Below, piece after piece: positions 26,574 to 35,793 of a DNA stretch of 44,976 nucleotides. Positions within the stretch are counted from its first letter, which is position 1, and each line of letters begins with the position of its first letter. A program made the translations under genes and the position numbers. The notes below the pieces were generated by a model, which made no database searches, was not told the origin of the DNA, and saw only the letters and a list, made by a program, of their open reading frames with translations. The stretch is from a virus (lineage: Duplodnaviria; Caudoviricetes): positions 1-44,976 of the IMG/VR virus record IMGVR_UViG_3300048851_000200. One strand, given 5' to 3'.

Positions 26574-27833
26574 TCAGGCGCTGATCTTCAGGGCGCGCAT
26601 GGAAGTCGGGTTCTTCACACCGCCACCGACGCGCTTGGTCGTGTAGAACAGCACGAAGGGCTTGGCGGTGTACGGGTCCCGAAGGACGCGAACGCCGGTG
26701 CGGTCGATGACCTGATAGGTCTCCACCATGTCGCCGTAGAGCGCGGCGATGTTGCCGGCCGCCACCGCCGGCATGCCAGGCATGTCGACAACCGGCTCGC
26801 CTGCCAGGGTGGGCGGAACACCGAGAGCGAGGCTCGGCTGCCAGAGATAGGCGCCATCAGTCGTCTTCAGCTTGCGGAAGGCGGCCTGCGAACCGCGGTT
26901 CATGAAGAAATTGGCGTTCGGCACGAACTCCGCAGGCAGATCGGCCTGCAGATCGAACAGCGCGTCCGCCGTCACGGCCGCAGCAGCACCCGAGTTGAGC
27001 GCGAGGATCGCGCCGTAGGGATGCTTCGCCGCGCTGGCTGCGCCGGTGACGTAGGTGAGCACGCCGTCCGGCTTGTTGACGCCATCGCCGGACAGGAAGG
27101 CGACACCCTCCTGCTTGTCGAACTCGACCGAGACCTCGTCACCGAGCCATGCCTCGATGTCGATTTCGGCGTCGTCGATAAGACCCTGCGATGCCGCCGG
27201 GTTGGCGTAGATCTCGCCCATCGTGAAACCGAGCGAGGTCAGGCCAGGCGTGGTGGTCTGCGGCCGTGCGGCGGTCTCGCCAACCCAGCCGGAACCAACG
27301 ATGCCGTCGGAGTAGACCTTCTTGAAGCCGGCGCCGCTGATCGTGATGACCGAGCTGTTCTGGCGCATCGGCGAGATGACCTTGGTCTTCTTGCTGATGG
27401 TCCGGTCCCACTCGATCGGCGCGAGATAGCCGCCCTCGCCGTCGGTCTTGGTAGCTGCCGCGCGCAGCTCTTCGAGCTTCGCCGTTGGGGCGCCGCCCTT
27501 GAAGTAGGCCTGGAACTCGGCAGTGTACTCGGGATCGCGCGGCTTTTCGCTGTCGTGCCCGTCGCCCAGAGTGGCCTTCAGGTTGACGCTCTCGATCGTC
27601 TCCTGGAGCTTGTCCAGGTTCGCCTCGATCTTGCTCAGCTTCTCGGTGGTGACGACGTCGGTCTTGCCGGCCTTGATCTCGTCGATCTGGTCGGTGTGAG
27701 TCTTCTTGAACGCCTCGAAGGCGACGTTCAGATCCTCGATGCTGGCGATCTTCTTGGGCTGAGCTTCGGCGCGGACGGCGACGAGGCCCCGGCCCGACAC
27801 GGCACGGCCGCGCAGGTTGGTCATCATGTTCAT
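26574..27833 (-). CDS. Major capsid protein, HK97 fold
   Basis: GGYLAP.EWDRTI, WVGETAARP, LRDPYT.KPFV.FYTTKRVGGGV motifs; N-terminal coiled-coil delta domain. Confidence 0.96.
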   Translation of the reverse strand: MNMMTNLRGRAVSGRGLVAVRAEAQPKKIASIEDLNVAFEAFKKTHTDQIDEIKAGKTDVVTTEKLSKIEANLDKLQETIESVNLKATLGDGHDSEKPRDPEYTAEFQAYFKGGAPTAKLEELRAAATKTDGEGGYLAPIEWDRTISKKTKVISPMRQNSSVITISGAGFKKVYSDGIVGSGWVGETAARPQTTTPGLTSLGFTMGEIYANPAASQGLIDDAEIDIEAWLGDEVSVEFDKQEGVAFLSGDGVNKPDGVLTYVTGAASAAKHPYGAILALNSGAAAAVTADALFDLQADLPAEFVPNANFFMNRGSQAAFRKLKTTDGAYLWQPSLALGVPPTLAGEPVVDMPGMPAVAAGNIAALYGDMVETYQVIDRTGVRVLRDPYTAKPFVLFYTTKRVGGGVKNPTSMRALKISA

Positions 27834-27844
27834 GTCTGTTTCCT

Positions 27845-28714
27845 TCAGACGGAAAGGGCGGTGAGCCCGGCGAACCAGGGCTCGGCGTCGTCGCCAGCGC
27901 GAAGCGTGGCAGGGTCGGGATCGGCAGCGGTGCGCGTGCCCTCTCCCATCGCGCGGAACAGGTCACGACGCGCGCTGCGCGGCATGTTCTGCTTCGCGAG
28001 AAAGCGATCGAGCGATGCCTTGTCGCTCGGAAAGTCGTCGGTCGAGGCATAGACCGGCATCTGCGCCTCGCGCTCCATCAGCGTGTCGGCAAGGCCAGCG
28101 TCGATCGCCTCCTGGCCGCGGAAGTAGACGTCCTTGCCGGCGATCATCGCCGCGAAGTCTTCCGCGGGCCGCCCGGAGCGTGCGGCGTAGGTAGCGGTCA
28201 TGGCATCATCGACATGCTGGAGCACGGTCACGGCTTCGGCCATCTCCGACTTCGTGCCGATGAAGATCCCCTGTGCCTCGTGGATCATGATCTCGGCGTT
28301 CGCCGCGATCTCGATGGTGTCGCCAGCCATGGCAATGACGGAGGCGGCGGAGGCGGCGATGCCGAGGATCTGCACGTTGACCGGCTGCGAGTGGCGTCGC
28401 AGCAGATTGTAGATCGCCACCCCCTCGAAGTAGTTGCCGCCCGGCGAGTTCATTTCGACGTTGATCGGCTTGTCGCCGATGGAGCGCAGCGCGGCAGCAA
28501 TGCGCTTGGTGTTGACGCCGCCGCCTTCGCCATCGTCGCCGATGTAGTCGAAGATCGAAATGGTGGGTGTGTCCGACGCGAGCGCCGTCACCTCGAAGTG
28601 GCGGAAGTCATCGGCCAGCGCCTTCATCTCGAACTGCCAACCGCTACCGCCACCGATGCCGGTGATCTCAGGTGGGCGGCCGGCCAGGACGGCGAGGAGG
28701 TTCTTACGGATCAT
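27845..28714 (-). CDS. ClpP-like (S14) prohead maturation protease
   Basis: NSPGG..FEG.AIYNLL, AASAASVIAMAGD and MIH motifs. Confidence 0.93.
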   Translation of the reverse strand: MIRKNLLAVLAGRPPEITGIGGGSGWQFEMKALADDFRHFEVTALASDTPTISIFDYIGDDGEGGGVNTKRIAAALRSIGDKPINVEMNSPGGNYFEGVAIYNLLRRHSQPVNVQILGIAASAASVIAMAGDTIEIAANAEIMIHEAQGIFIGTKSEMAEAVTVLQHVDDAMTATYAARSGRPAEDFAAMIAGKDVYFRGQEAIDAGLADTLMEREAQMPVYASTDDFPSDKASLDRFLAKQNMPRSARRDLFRAMGEGTRTAADPDPATLRAGDDAEPWFAGLTALSV

Positions 28715-30033
28715 CGTTGGTCCTCGACAATTGCGGCAGCCGCGGTACCCGCGCGGGGCAGTTCGGAGCCGTCGGCATGCGGGTTCATGTCCTGCGTTTC
28801 ACGGGCTTCGTTCTGCGTGATCCACGGCATTCCGCCGCCCGAGCCCAAGGCCCGGGCCAGGAACTCGGCCTGGTCTTTCATGGAGCCGCGCAGCAGCGCG
28901 CGCTCGTTGAACTTGGCGTAGAGGACGTCGCCGTTGCGAGCCTGCTTTTCCTGTCGGCTGAGCAGCCGCCAGATCGCCTCTTCCCAGGTCACGAACCACG
29001 GAAGCAGGCAGTAGACCACCATGTAGAGCCCAAGCTGCTCGATGCCCGAACCCCAGGCTGTCTCGTCGAACATCAGCAGCGGGCGTGGCACGCCGGTGAA
29101 GCGCGATCCTTGCTCTGCCTCGAACTTGCGGAGTTCGACCAGCTGCGTGTCCTTGGCCGAGCCGGAGAATGGCTTGGCCTCCATGCCCTCTTCCAGGAGC
29201 ATCCAGTCGCCACTGGCTTCCGCACCGGCATAGTCTTCCCGCAGGCTCTCCTTGAGCCGAGCATAGGCCTCATCGCTGAGTGACTCCTTGGCCTGCAGTG
29301 CGCCGCCAGCCATCACGCCCTTGCGCAGCAGGTTCGCCATGGCGCGCTCTGCGATATGCGCGAGGCCGATGGTGTCGGCCGCCACGTCCAGCAAACCAAG
29401 CCCGTGAAGGCCGTCTAGCGATACGGGCGCGCGGAAGTGGAACACGTCGGCGGCCGCGAGGTACTCTACTCGGCCATCCTTTGGAGTGTGCTTGAAGCGG
29501 AGCGTTCCACCGGAAAACTCCTTTGTGACGGTCTTGCGCGCGAACGGCACGAGGGCCTGGATACTACCGTTTAGCCGGATCACGCGGGCATAAGCCCCAC
29601 CGTCCAGGAGAGCTGCGAGCTGGAGAAAGCTCTTGAACTCGCTGGGCGTCATCGCCCCATTGCCAAGCGGATCCAGCTTCAGGATCGAGTGCAGCGGGTG
29701 GTTGAGCGCCTTTTCCGTCGTGCCGTCCGCCTTGCGCCGGTACATGTCCAGCGGCAGCATACCGATGGAGCCGGCGATCAACGAGGTGGCGCGGAAGAAC
29801 ACAGAGTTCCGCATCGCCATTTTGTCGCTGATCGCGACGCCGGTCATTGCCTCTCGACCGCCGCGCAGAAACGAGGCCAGGACCGGATCGCCGTCGCCTG
29901 CGATATCGTGCACCGAATAGGCATAGACCGAACGGCGGTCGGCGGCCTGATCGGGCGCGCCGTACTTTACGACGCCAGTCGGTGTTGATCGACGGTAGCC
30001 GGCGGCGCGGCGATAATCTTCAGCAGACGCCAT
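28711..30033 (-). CDS. Portal protein, HK97 family
   Basis: IA.SIG.LPL, DVFHFR, LLEEGM and FGVP-like motifs; AGGAGG RBS before ATG 30033. Confidence 0.94.
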   Translation of the reverse strand: MASAEDYRRAAGYRRSTPTGVVKYGAPDQAADRRSVYAYSVHDIAGDGDPVLASFLRGGREAMTGVAISDKMAMRNSVFFRATSLIAGSIGMLPLDMYRRKADGTTEKALNHPLHSILKLDPLGNGAMTPSEFKSFLQLAALLDGGAYARVIRLNGSIQALVPFARKTVTKEFSGGTLRFKHTPKDGRVEYLAAADVFHFRAPVSLDGLHGLGLLDVAADTIGLAHIAERAMANLLRKGVMAGGALQAKESLSDEAYARLKESLREDYAGAEASGDWMLLEEGMEAKPFSGSAKDTQLVELRKFEAEQGSRFTGVPRPLLMFDETAWGSGIEQLGLYMVVYCLLPWFVTWEEAIWRLLSRQEKQARNGDVLYAKFNERALLRGSMKDQAEFLARALGSGGGMPWITQNEARETQDMNPHADGSELPRAGTAAAAIVEDQR

Positions 30034-30044
30034 GCACCCTCCTG

Positions 30045-31859
30045 TCAAACTCGGCGGATGCCACGACTCTCGTAGACCGACTTCTTCTTGGGCTTCACGG
30101 TCGCGGTGGCGGCGCCAACGGCCATCGCCGTGGTCACCATCCCATCAATGCGGCCACGAGACTTCTTCTTGTTGAAGGCCCGGTTGCCCTGGCCGTCCGC
30201 ATCGATCGCCGCGTTGGCGGCGCAGCTGTAGGTCACCGGCGAACTGTCGATGATGATCCGCTGATCAAGGATGGCGTCTTCAGTCTTCGTGATTGAGTGC
30301 GGCATGCACAATTGCCGGTCCTCGAACATGACGCGCGTGCCCTGGGCATGCGCCACGATCTTGAGCCCGCGACCGACCGGCTTATCGGGCCCGCCGTAGA
30401 GCCACACCTCCAGCCCGACCTCGGCGCATGCGTCCATGAAGCCCGAGATGAAGGCAGGGTCCACGACGAGTTCCTGCACGCTCTGTTCGGCGTTCAGCCG
30501 CGAGACCTGCATGGCGACGTAGGTGTAATCGATCGTGGAGCCAGGCGTGGCAACCAGGTGGCCGTCCTCGACCCATTCGACGTACGGCGCCCGGTCAGTC
30601 TCGGCGCGGTGTTTCAAACCTTCTTCGGTGGTCCAATACCAGCTCTTGACCGCCATCGGCTCATCGCCGATCGGCTGCCAGGCGCCGCTGAGCGCCGTAA
30701 GGTCGTTCTTCTGCGACAGGTCCAGCGACAGCCAGCAGAAGCGATGACGCATGGCACGTTCGTCGACGGGGCCTTGCACCGCCGCCCACTTCTCTTCGTC
30801 GATCCAGAAGTCGGCCGCGGCGGTGTCGATGCCGAAGTAGAGGCGCTTGACGCTGGACTTGGTGGAGGGCCGCAAGAGGGCACTCGCCACGGTCTCGCGG
30901 ATGTTCTCGATCGGGAAGGTCTCACCCAGGGCGGGGAGGGCCTTCTGCCAGCACTTCTCGTTCTCGAAGACGGTCTCGCGGTCGGCTTTGTCCACCCGGG
31001 CGATGAACGCGAACGCGCTATCGTCCCGCGCCTCGCCCTTGGCGATCTGCTGGTACATCTCCGAGTACGCCGTGCCGACGTGCTGCGAGGTGGCGGGCGT
31101 GTTCGTGCCCATGAGCATCAGCGCGTGACCAGCGACCTTGTCGATGCCGCGTTTCCACGTTTGCAGCACGTTCTCGTCGGTCAGTTCGTGGATCTCGTCG
31201 CCGGCAACGTAGTTGGGGCGCGGCCCCGACAGGCTCTCGCCACTGGCGATCGGCTGAAAGAATGAGCCCGAGTCCGGATGCTCAATCTTCCAAGCGTTCT
31301 CCAGTTCGCCGCGGATGACGACTTCGCCCAGCGCTTCGAGGCTTTCACCTTCGTCATGCCCGGGGATCGTCGCGCGGCACATCGCCGCCGCATCCCGGAA
31401 CAGCACGTTAGCGGTCTTCTTGTCCTCGCCGATCGCGTAGCACTGCGCCCGCGCGATGTCGCACCAGCCCATGATATAGACGCCGATTGCGCCCATGAGC
31501 GGCGACTTGGCCTGGCCCTTGCCGGTCTCCAGCCAGGCCGACCGAAAGCGCCAGCGGTCGGTCGCGGTGCGCCAGCCGAACAGGGAGCCCATCACGAACG
31601 TGTGCCACTCGAGCGGGTAGAACGGACTGCCTGCTGCCGGCCCGTCGGTTACCTGGAAGACGGACGGCAGGAACTCGAGCGCGTGCGCGGCGGCGTCCGG
31701 CCGCCAGAAGATGCCGCGCTTCTCGCCATCGCGCATGTCGCGCAGGTGACGTTCGGCTGCGTGTCGCACCAGCTCGCCCGCCGTGAACAGCTTGCCCTCG
31801 ACTGCCGCCTTCGCCCAGGCGGTGGTCGGGTCTTCGGCGGAGAGGAACCTATTCGCCAC
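30045..31859 (-). CDS. terL: Terminase large subunit
   Basis: RFR.A..E.GKGQAKS Walker A variant; DEIHE Walker B; LDLS...DLTA nuclease motif; KSRGRIDG.V. Confidence 0.95.
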   Translation of the reverse strand: MANRFLSAEDPTTAWAKAAVEGKLFTAGELVRHAAERHLRDMRDGEKRGIFWRPDAAAHALEFLPSVFQVTDGPAAGSPFYPLEWHTFVMGSLFGWRTATDRWRFRSAWLETGKGQAKSPLMGAIGVYIMGWCDIARAQCYAIGEDKKTANVLFRDAAAMCRATIPGHDEGESLEALGEVVIRGELENAWKIEHPDSGSFFQPIASGESLSGPRPNYVAGDEIHELTDENVLQTWKRGIDKVAGHALMLMGTNTPATSQHVGTAYSEMYQQIAKGEARDDSAFAFIARVDKADRETVFENEKCWQKALPALGETFPIENIRETVASALLRPSTKSSVKRLYFGIDTAAADFWIDEEKWAAVQGPVDERAMRHRFCWLSLDLSQKNDLTALSGAWQPIGDEPMAVKSWYWTTEEGLKHRAETDRAPYVEWVEDGHLVATPGSTIDYTYVAMQVSRLNAEQSVQELVVDPAFISGFMDACAEVGLEVWLYGGPDKPVGRGLKIVAHAQGTRVMFEDRQLCMPHSITKTEDAILDQRIIIDSSPVTYSCAANAAIDADGQGNRAFNKKKSRGRIDGMVTTAMAVGAATATVKPKKKSVYESRGIRRV

Positions 31860-32283
31860 GGCGCTTCAGGTACTTGTCGGAGCCGAGTGACTTGCGGGCC
31901 TTCTTCTCGACCTTAGCACCGCTGCCACGGTCGCGCGGCGAGATGCAGAGCTGCTTTTCCAGTGCCTCAGCCTGCGAGGCGGCGTTCGCCTGGACGGTCC
32001 ACCAAGGATTGTACGTGAGCACCTTCGTGCGCGGCGCCGGAATTACCGGCCCGAGCTTCAGCACCTGCTTGGCAGCCATGTCGTATTCGACATAGGCGAC
32101 GACCAGCCGCTGGATCGCGTGCATGTTTGCGACCGCCAGCTTCTCGGCCGCACGCATCTCGCTGATGATCCGCTTCCAGTGTTCGGATGCGGCGTCGCGA
32201 TCAGCCTTGCGGCCGAAGTAGCGGATCCAGTTCGGCTCGGGCGGGACGCCGTCGCCTCCCTCGATCGCGATCACATCGGCCAT
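31849..32283 (-). CDS. terS: Terminase small subunit (P27-like)
   Basis: W..I..E...L, NPW and L.ISP..R motifs; directly upstream of terL; ATG 32283. Confidence 0.85.
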   Translation of the reverse strand: MADVIAIEGGDGVPPEPNWIRYFGRKADRDAASEHWKRIISEMRAAEKLAVANMHAIQRLVVAYVEYDMAAKQVLKLGPVIPAPRTKVLTYNPWWTVQANAASQAEALEKQLCISPRDRGSGAKVEKKARKSLGSDKYLKRRGE

Positions 32284-32299
32284 GTGGGCCTCCGGGGCT

Positions 32300-32425
32300 C
32301 TCGGGCCGAAACCCTCCCCCCTCAAAAATTGGTCTCAGTGCGCACGAAGGGCCGTGACCGGTCTAGGCGGTCGGCCCCCTCAGAGTTTTGACCCGGGGTG
32401 GGTTGTTTAGGTTCACGGCCCCGAT
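32300..32425 (-). other. Probable cos/packaging-initiation region
   Basis: Non-coding region upstream of terS, the usual cos position in HNH-terS phages; G/C runs and a 9-bp inverted repeat GGGCCGTGA (32349-32357) / TCACGGCCC (32413-32421). Confidence 0.45.
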
Positions 32426-32512
32426 TTGATGAACGACCTGCAGGCACCCTCGCTCGGATTGACTCGACTCGCTTGTTGGCACCTATTCTCCTCTCTCATT
32501 AGAGGAGCGTGC

Positions 32513-32794
32513 ATGGCCGAAGTAGCTGATCACCTGGTCCCGACAGACGGGCTCACGAGCTCAAGCATCCAATACGAAGGGTTCGATGCCCTGCCAGATA
32601 GAGCCGGCGCGAAGCACCGCTTCACGATCTACGACGAGAAGCAACAATACCTCACCACCTTCACCGTGGTGACATGGCCGACCGCGGAGGGCACGATCGA
32701 CAGCATGGTGGTCGAGGCTCACAAGCAGATGACCAACATTGCAAGGCAGTGGCTCTTCCTGCTGGACGAGGCTCGGAAGGCGTACGAAAAGTAA
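32513..32794 (+). CDS. Hypothetical protein (93 aa), reverse-oriented moron
   Basis: AGAGGAG RBS before ATG 32513; opposite strand to the late operon. Confidence 0.75.
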   Translation: MAEVADHLVPTDGLTSSSIQYEGFDALPDRAGAKHRFTIYDEKQQYLTTFTVVTWPTAEGTIDSMVVEAHKQMTNIARQWLFLLDEARKAYEK

Positions 32795-32809
32795 GGCGCA
32801 CGCCGGTGA

Positions 32810-33172
32810 TTAAGTGAATGACGGCCAACACCTGCTCCTATTCCATGGATGCGCTGGATCGAGCGGCCGGCCATCGCGCCCAGTGCCGCGCACGACGCCG
32901 CTGCGCTCCTCGCGCTGGATCTCGCCGTCATGGTGCGGCTTGCACACCGGCTCCCAGTTCTTGCGATCCCAGAACAGCTTGAGGTCGCCCTTGTGTGGCA
33001 CGCGGTGGTTGACGACGGTCGCCGGCACTGATCGGCCCTGGGCATCGCAGCGAACGCAGAGCGGGTTGGCATCGAGGAAGGCGAGCCGGGCCTTCTGCCA
33101 CTTGGCACCGTAGCCGCGCTCATTGGATGAGCGCTTGTCTGTGCGCCAGCTGGGCTGATCCATCACCAGCAC
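32810..33172 (-). CDS. HNH endonuclease (HK97 gp74-like packaging cofactor)
   Basis: RGYG.KWQKAR..FL..NPLC..C, VV.H.VPHKGD..LFWD..NW...C..HH motifs; start may be ATG 33163. Confidence 0.93.
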   Translation of the reverse strand: MLVMDQPSWRTDKRSSNERGYGAKWQKARLAFLDANPLCVRCDAQGRSVPATVVNHRVPHKGDLKLFWDRKNWEPVCKPHHDGEIQREERSGVVRGTGRDGRPLDPAHPWNRSRCWPSFT

Positions 33173-33315
33173 CTACCGATTAGCTTGATTGCGTCGCACG
33201 CCGCGAGAAGCGAGGCTTCGTCTCGGAAGGTGGCAAGGGCGGCTCACCCGATGGGCGCCAGTCCAATTAGCTCGCCTATGCTGCTCCTGGCAGCCAGCCC
33301 GTTAAGGCCATCCTG

Positions 33316-33344
33316 TCGTTACATGAACCATCTAGCGATTGCAA
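33316..33344 (-). promoter_or_regulatory. Putative late-operon promoter
   Basis: TTGCAA-N17-TAACGA upstream of the HNH gene. Confidence 0.35.
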
Positions 33345-33348
33345 CCAG

Positions 33349-33381
33349 GGAACGCAGAAGTAAGTACAGCTTCTGCGTTCC
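33349..33381. terminator. Perfect 12-bp hairpin downstream of the lipoprotein gene
   Basis: GGAACGCAGAAG-N9-CTTCTGCGTTCC. Confidence 0.55.
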
Positions 33382-33396
33382 TGGCTCGGCCTGACT

Positions 33397-33984
33397 TTAC
33401 TTCGCCGCTGCGCTAGCAGTAGCCGTCGGCTCTGGTGCGGGGTCCTTGACCTGAACAGTTGCGCCGTTTGGAATTATCAGCGCGCTGCCCGACTTGGTGG
33501 TTTGCGGCCGCGCCTTCGCGATCGCCTCGGAAGTGGCCAACGCCTTCTCAATAAGGCCGATAGTCTGATCCGCCGTTAGGTTCTTGTTTCTGGCAAGTGT
33601 GCAAATCTGGAAGAGAGCAACGTCGAGAAAGGTAGCGACATCGTTCCGATCCTGAATGGACGCAACTGCTTCAGTGATCGCTTGTCCTAGCGCGCCTCCG
33701 ACCTTTTCACCGCCAGCGAGGGACAAGCTGACGTTGCCGTTGCCCGACGAGTTCCGGGCTTTTGCACTCTGTGCACTCTGTATGCATGCCGTGTCACCGT
33801 TAGGGTAAACGATTGCCGCCACAGCATGTGAAGGCCAAGTCAGCACCGTTCCGTTGCGATCGGTGTTCGTCATACTGAACTGACCGGGCACGATTTTGTC
33901 CTGGCCGTATTTCCACTCATATGGCCCAGTTGCGCAAGCACTAGACAGCAGAGCGATGGCGCCCGCTAGCAAACGACGTACCAT
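33397..33984 (-). CDS. Lipoprotein moron
   Basis: MVRRLLAGAIALLSSA-C lipobox; G7 RBS before ATG 33984; visibly more AT-rich than its neighbours. Confidence 0.78.
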   Translation of the reverse strand: MVRRLLAGAIALLSSACATGPYEWKYGQDKIVPGQFSMTNTDRNGTVLTWPSHAVAAIVYPNGDTACIQSAQSAKARNSSGNGNVSLSLAGGEKVGGALGQAITEAVASIQDRNDVATFLDVALFQICTLARNKNLTADQTIGLIEKALATSEAIAKARPQTTKSGSALIIPNGATVQVKDPAPEPTATASAAAK

Positions 33985-34106
33985 AATTAACCCCCCCGGT
34001 TTGTGCACCAATAAATACTGGAGCCTCGGCTACTATCAGCGAGGTCCACACCGAGGTCAACACACGACGTCCCTCAGATCATACTGTGCCTTCCGAAGAC
34101 CTTCTC

Positions 34107-34673
34107 TTATTCCACGTTGGCACCAGGGACTGGCAACAGGTTCACCGCGGCGATAGCCACCGGGATGTCCCAGTCGCCGAACGTCACCAGCGTGTGCTGG
34201 CCTCGCATCCCCTGCACGGTGCCCACCAGGCCCTCGAACCCGCCGCCGATCAGCTTCACGGTCTCGCCGGGAGCGAACGTCCGGACCTTGCCCTTCGGCC
34301 GGACCCGCTGCTCAGCGACGCGCAGTGCATCAAGGTCGCGGTCTGCGACGCGCGGGTATGCGTCCAAGAAGCGAAAGACGCTGAACGGCGGCACGGGCTT
34401 GGAAATCCATGCGCGCGCCGCATCGTCCCACGTCTTGGTGCGAGGGGATTGCATGCGCGACAGCATCACTAGCTCGGGCAGCCGCTCGTACTCGGCAAAG
34501 GCGATCGACGGCGTGATCGGCACCACGACCTCCTTCTCGATCCTGGATCGAGCCGCGCGCCGGGACGATGTCTCCTGCGGCGTCCATACCTCGAACCCGG
34601 CAGCGGCGAGCGCCTTTACCAGCGGTACTGTGCGGCTCGGTGCTGTGCGCAGGATGCACCAAGTCGTCGTCAT
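34107..34673 (-). CDS. NusG-family (NGN+KOW) transcription antiterminator
   Basis: N-terminal WCILRT.P...L...GFEVWTP; C-terminal KOW FAPGETVKLIGGGFEGLVGTV. Confidence 0.88.
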   Translation of the reverse strand: MTTTWCILRTAPSRTVPLVKALAAAGFEVWTPQETSSRRAARSRIEKEVVVPITPSIAFAEYERLPELVMLSRMQSPRTKTWDDAARAWISKPVPPFSVFRFLDAYPRVADRDLDALRVAEQRVRPKGKVRTFAPGETVKLIGGGFEGLVGTVQGMRGQHTLVTFGDWDIPVAIAAVNLLPVPGANVE

Positions 34674-34966
34674 GCGCTGGCTCCATTGTCAGCTATTTTG
34701 ACCTGATCGGATCGCCGCCGCCCCTTGACCACTCGCGTGAGCGGTGCCCGATGCAATCCGCAGCGACGGTTCGGGTTCTTGCCCCGCAAGCCCGTGACCA
34801 CTTCGAAGTCATCACCGCATTCTGCACATGGCGCACGCCACTTCAGCAGCCACGACGGATCACCGTCTTTCCGTGTGTAGGGCTCAGCCTTGATCAGGCG
34901 GTAAGTCTGCCCATCGATCGACAGCACCGTGCCGACACGTGGAACGCTGGCGAATTCAATACTCAT
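34670..34966 (-). CDS. Hypothetical protein with CxxC...CxxH putative zinc ribbon
   Basis: CAEC and CGLH motifs; stop overlaps the nusG-like start. Confidence 0.7.
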   Translation of the reverse strand: MSIEFASVPRVGTVLSIDGQTYRLIKAEPYTRKDGDPSWLLKWRAPCAECGDDFEVVTGLRGKNPNRRCGLHRAPLTRVVKGRRRSDQVKIADNGASA

Positions 34967-35215
34967 ACTGGAGACCTTGCTGGATCATCTTCAACTCGTC
35001 GGCTTTGAAGTTCAGTTTGCCGCATCGGCCTTGCTCCGCAGCCCCAAGCGGGGTTGACGGGTTGGGCACCCTCTCGACGGCATAGCCGGAGAGGGTGACC
35101 CCCTCCCCGCACCCCAAAATCTTGCTAAGGCCAGCCGGGTCAGAATGGCTTTTTCAGCCATTCTCGAGCACCGCTGGTGAGCCCAGCCGGCCGGGTGTTT
35201 GCCGAATTTCGAAGG

Positions 35216-35315
35216 TGTCGCAGCTACTGTCGCGCGACTGTCGCGACAGTAGCTCGAACTCCGCAGAAAACCGGGCTTCTGCGCTGACGGTGCGACACTT
35301 GCGACAGCGGCGACA
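35216..35315. repeat. TGTCGC iteron cluster, putative replication origin
   Basis: TGTCGC at 35216, 35228, 35239; GCGACA at 35243, 35292, 35301, 35310; perfect 13-bp inverted repeat 35222-35234 / 35242-35254. Confidence 0.65.
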
Positions 35316-35316
35316 G

Positions 35317-35793
35317 TCATCGGCTATCAAGCCTAGCGAGCACGTCCCAGACGAGCTGGCGACCGCGCCGGTCGAAGGGCACCGACACGCCTGGGGCATG
35401 GCGATAGAACACGTTGGGCTCGCCCAGCCGGTTCGCAATCACGATGCGATTGCCATCGACGCTCTCGATAGGGCGGCCTTGAAGCAGCAGGCCCACACCC
35501 ATCAGTCCCACGCGGCCGGCGAACAGCGGGGGTGCACCGAACAGGTCTAGCAGGGACCAATCGCACGCAAGCGCCAGGTCCAGCCAGTCGTCGCCGATGT
35601 GCCGAAGATCCTTGAGCAGCTGGTGCCAGCGCATTTCCGACATCGCCTTAGATGGACGGCGGCATTCGAGATCATCCAGCGCAGCAAGTGCCTGTTGGAT
35701 ACGTTCGTCGACCGCTGGCGGCATCGAGGCAGGCGGCAAGCTGGCCGGCGTGTCCCAGTCAAACGCGCCGGGGTTGAAGCGCTCAAAGCTCAC
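35317..35793 (-). CDS. Hypothetical replication-module protein
   Basis: Coupled to the DUF3987 gene (ATGA overlap); W..L..D.....W...A....W...DLFG pattern. Confidence 0.75.
   Translation of the reverse strand: MSFERFNPGAFDWDTPASLPPASMPPAVDERIQQALAALDDLECRRPSKAMSEMRWHQLLKDLRHIGDDWLDLALACDWSLLDLFGAPPLFAGRVGLMGVGLLLQGRPIESVDGNRIVIANRLGEPNVFYRHAPGVSVPFDRRGRQLVWDVLARLDSR

Noticed and set aside
26073-28052. 659-aa plus-strand ORF
   Set aside because: Antisense shadow of the capsid and protease genes, typical of high-GC codon bias; no motifs.
35012-35320. 102-aa ORF MTVAAVASVAP...
   Set aside because: Its VA repeats are the translation of the TGTCGC iterons; better explained as origin DNA, though translation is not excluded.
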